From positions 944 to 64,943 of the forward strand of contig JBIKLX010000001.1 in NCBI GenBank assembly GCA_044359565.1: a DNA stretch of 64,000 bases, given 5' to 3'. The notes beneath the pieces are model-generated. The model had not been told where the DNA came from and ran no database searches. It was given only the letters and a program-made list of their open reading frames with translations. A program made the translations under genes and the position numbers. This document shows, piece after piece, positions 63,804-64,000 of the stretch. The stretch is from Ilumatobacteraceae bacterium (GTDB lineage Bacteria; Actinomycetota; Acidimicrobiia; Acidimicrobiales; Ilumatobacteraceae). How positions within the stretch are numbered: position 1 is the first letter of the stretch; every line of letters starts with the position of its first letter.

Positions 63804-64000
63804 TCAGCGCTTCTGGGTCTTGGCCACCCAGTGGTAGAACCGCTCCTGGGCATCGCCGTCGGCGAAGTGTTCGGGACCGCGACGGTGCCATGTGCCGTCG
63901 GATTCCAGTTCCCAACGCACCGAATCGTCGGCGAGCGACATCTCGAAAACCGTGTCGAGCCAGGCGCGATGCTTGGGATGGGTGACCGGCACCAGCACCT
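63804..64000 (-). CDS. ppk: Polyphosphate kinase 1. Only the C-terminal end is in the window; the gene continues beyond the right edge.
   Basis: The tail ...VPVTHPKHRAWLDTVFEMSLADDSVRWELESDGTWHRR...DAQERFYHWV matches the PPK1 C-terminus pattern (LaDn.kaw.L..DGsy.R...saQ). Confidence 0.78.
   Translation of the reverse strand, partial: VLVPVTHPKHRAWLDTVFEMSLADDSVRWELESDGTWHRRGPEHFADGDAQERFYHWVAKTQKR

Overview
This is a very GC-rich, gene-dense chromosomal segment; I did not compute GC content, and most intergenic gaps are under 170 bp. I support about 62 protein-coding genes. I found no rRNA, tRNA, CRISPR array, transposase or integrase. The gene content resembles a core region of an actinobacterial-type genome, possibly Acidimicrobiia-like, but the taxon cannot be verified from this window. 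The indicators are DUF3107, a class III Zn-ADH of the mycothiol/glutathione-formaldehyde type, class E sortases, Lhr, HelD, hemE-hemH-hemY, Lnt and an EthA-like BVMO.

Main blocks, left to right:
- ArsA-like ATPase, DUF3107, ADH, a SufR-like regulator and apbC.
- A nine-gene System I cytochrome c maturation operon, ccmABCDEFGH plus a TPR ccmI-like gene (minus strand, 12214 to 5625).
- Sortase E, a crotonase, TetR and lhr.
- A GT2-TPR glycosyltransferase divergent from an SF2 helicase.
- A DtxR-family regulator with a translationally coupled lipoprotein.
- helD and a large HD-GYP fusion protein.
- hemE-hemH-hemY, a lipobox-bearing sortase and lnt, chained as one coupled unit.
- dtd, then an epimerase-GT4-methyltransferase-prenyltransferase-like cluster.
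- An EthA-like BVMO divergent from a pcd-type ALDH.
- Nitroreductase and methyltransferase; tesB and a sugar dehydrogenase.
- moaE, a 61-aa TM protein, mreB, CHAD, a crotonase and an RNB ribonuclease.
- A PDZ pseudoprotease, an atypical SDR, a DUF2342 protein, a hydrolase and an MFS transporter.
- ppk (partial), then pstSCAB-phoU-kinase-regulator.

The supplied ORF track translates GTG/TTG starts as M and reports the longest ORFs. I therefore trimmed many genes to internal starts, supported by 1-4 nt stop/start overlaps (ATGA, GTGA, TGATG), SD-like sequences or homologue N-termini.

I found no self-contained, clearly novel multi-gene system such as a defence island. The items most worth a second look are:
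- a complete System I ccm operon in this genomic context;
- two sortase paralogues that each abut a heme-handling operon, one of them with a lipoprotein signal and coupled to lnt;
- the HD-GYP fusion with a long low-complexity region and an unrecognised C-terminal domain;
- tandemly duplicated GC-rich hairpin elements with the same 62-bp period at two unrelated loci;
- a recurring pattern of micro-duplications at gene ends;
- a small TM protein coupled between moaE and mreB;
- a catalytically dead HtrA-like PDZ protein.

All family assignments rest on motif recognition by eye, not on database searches.
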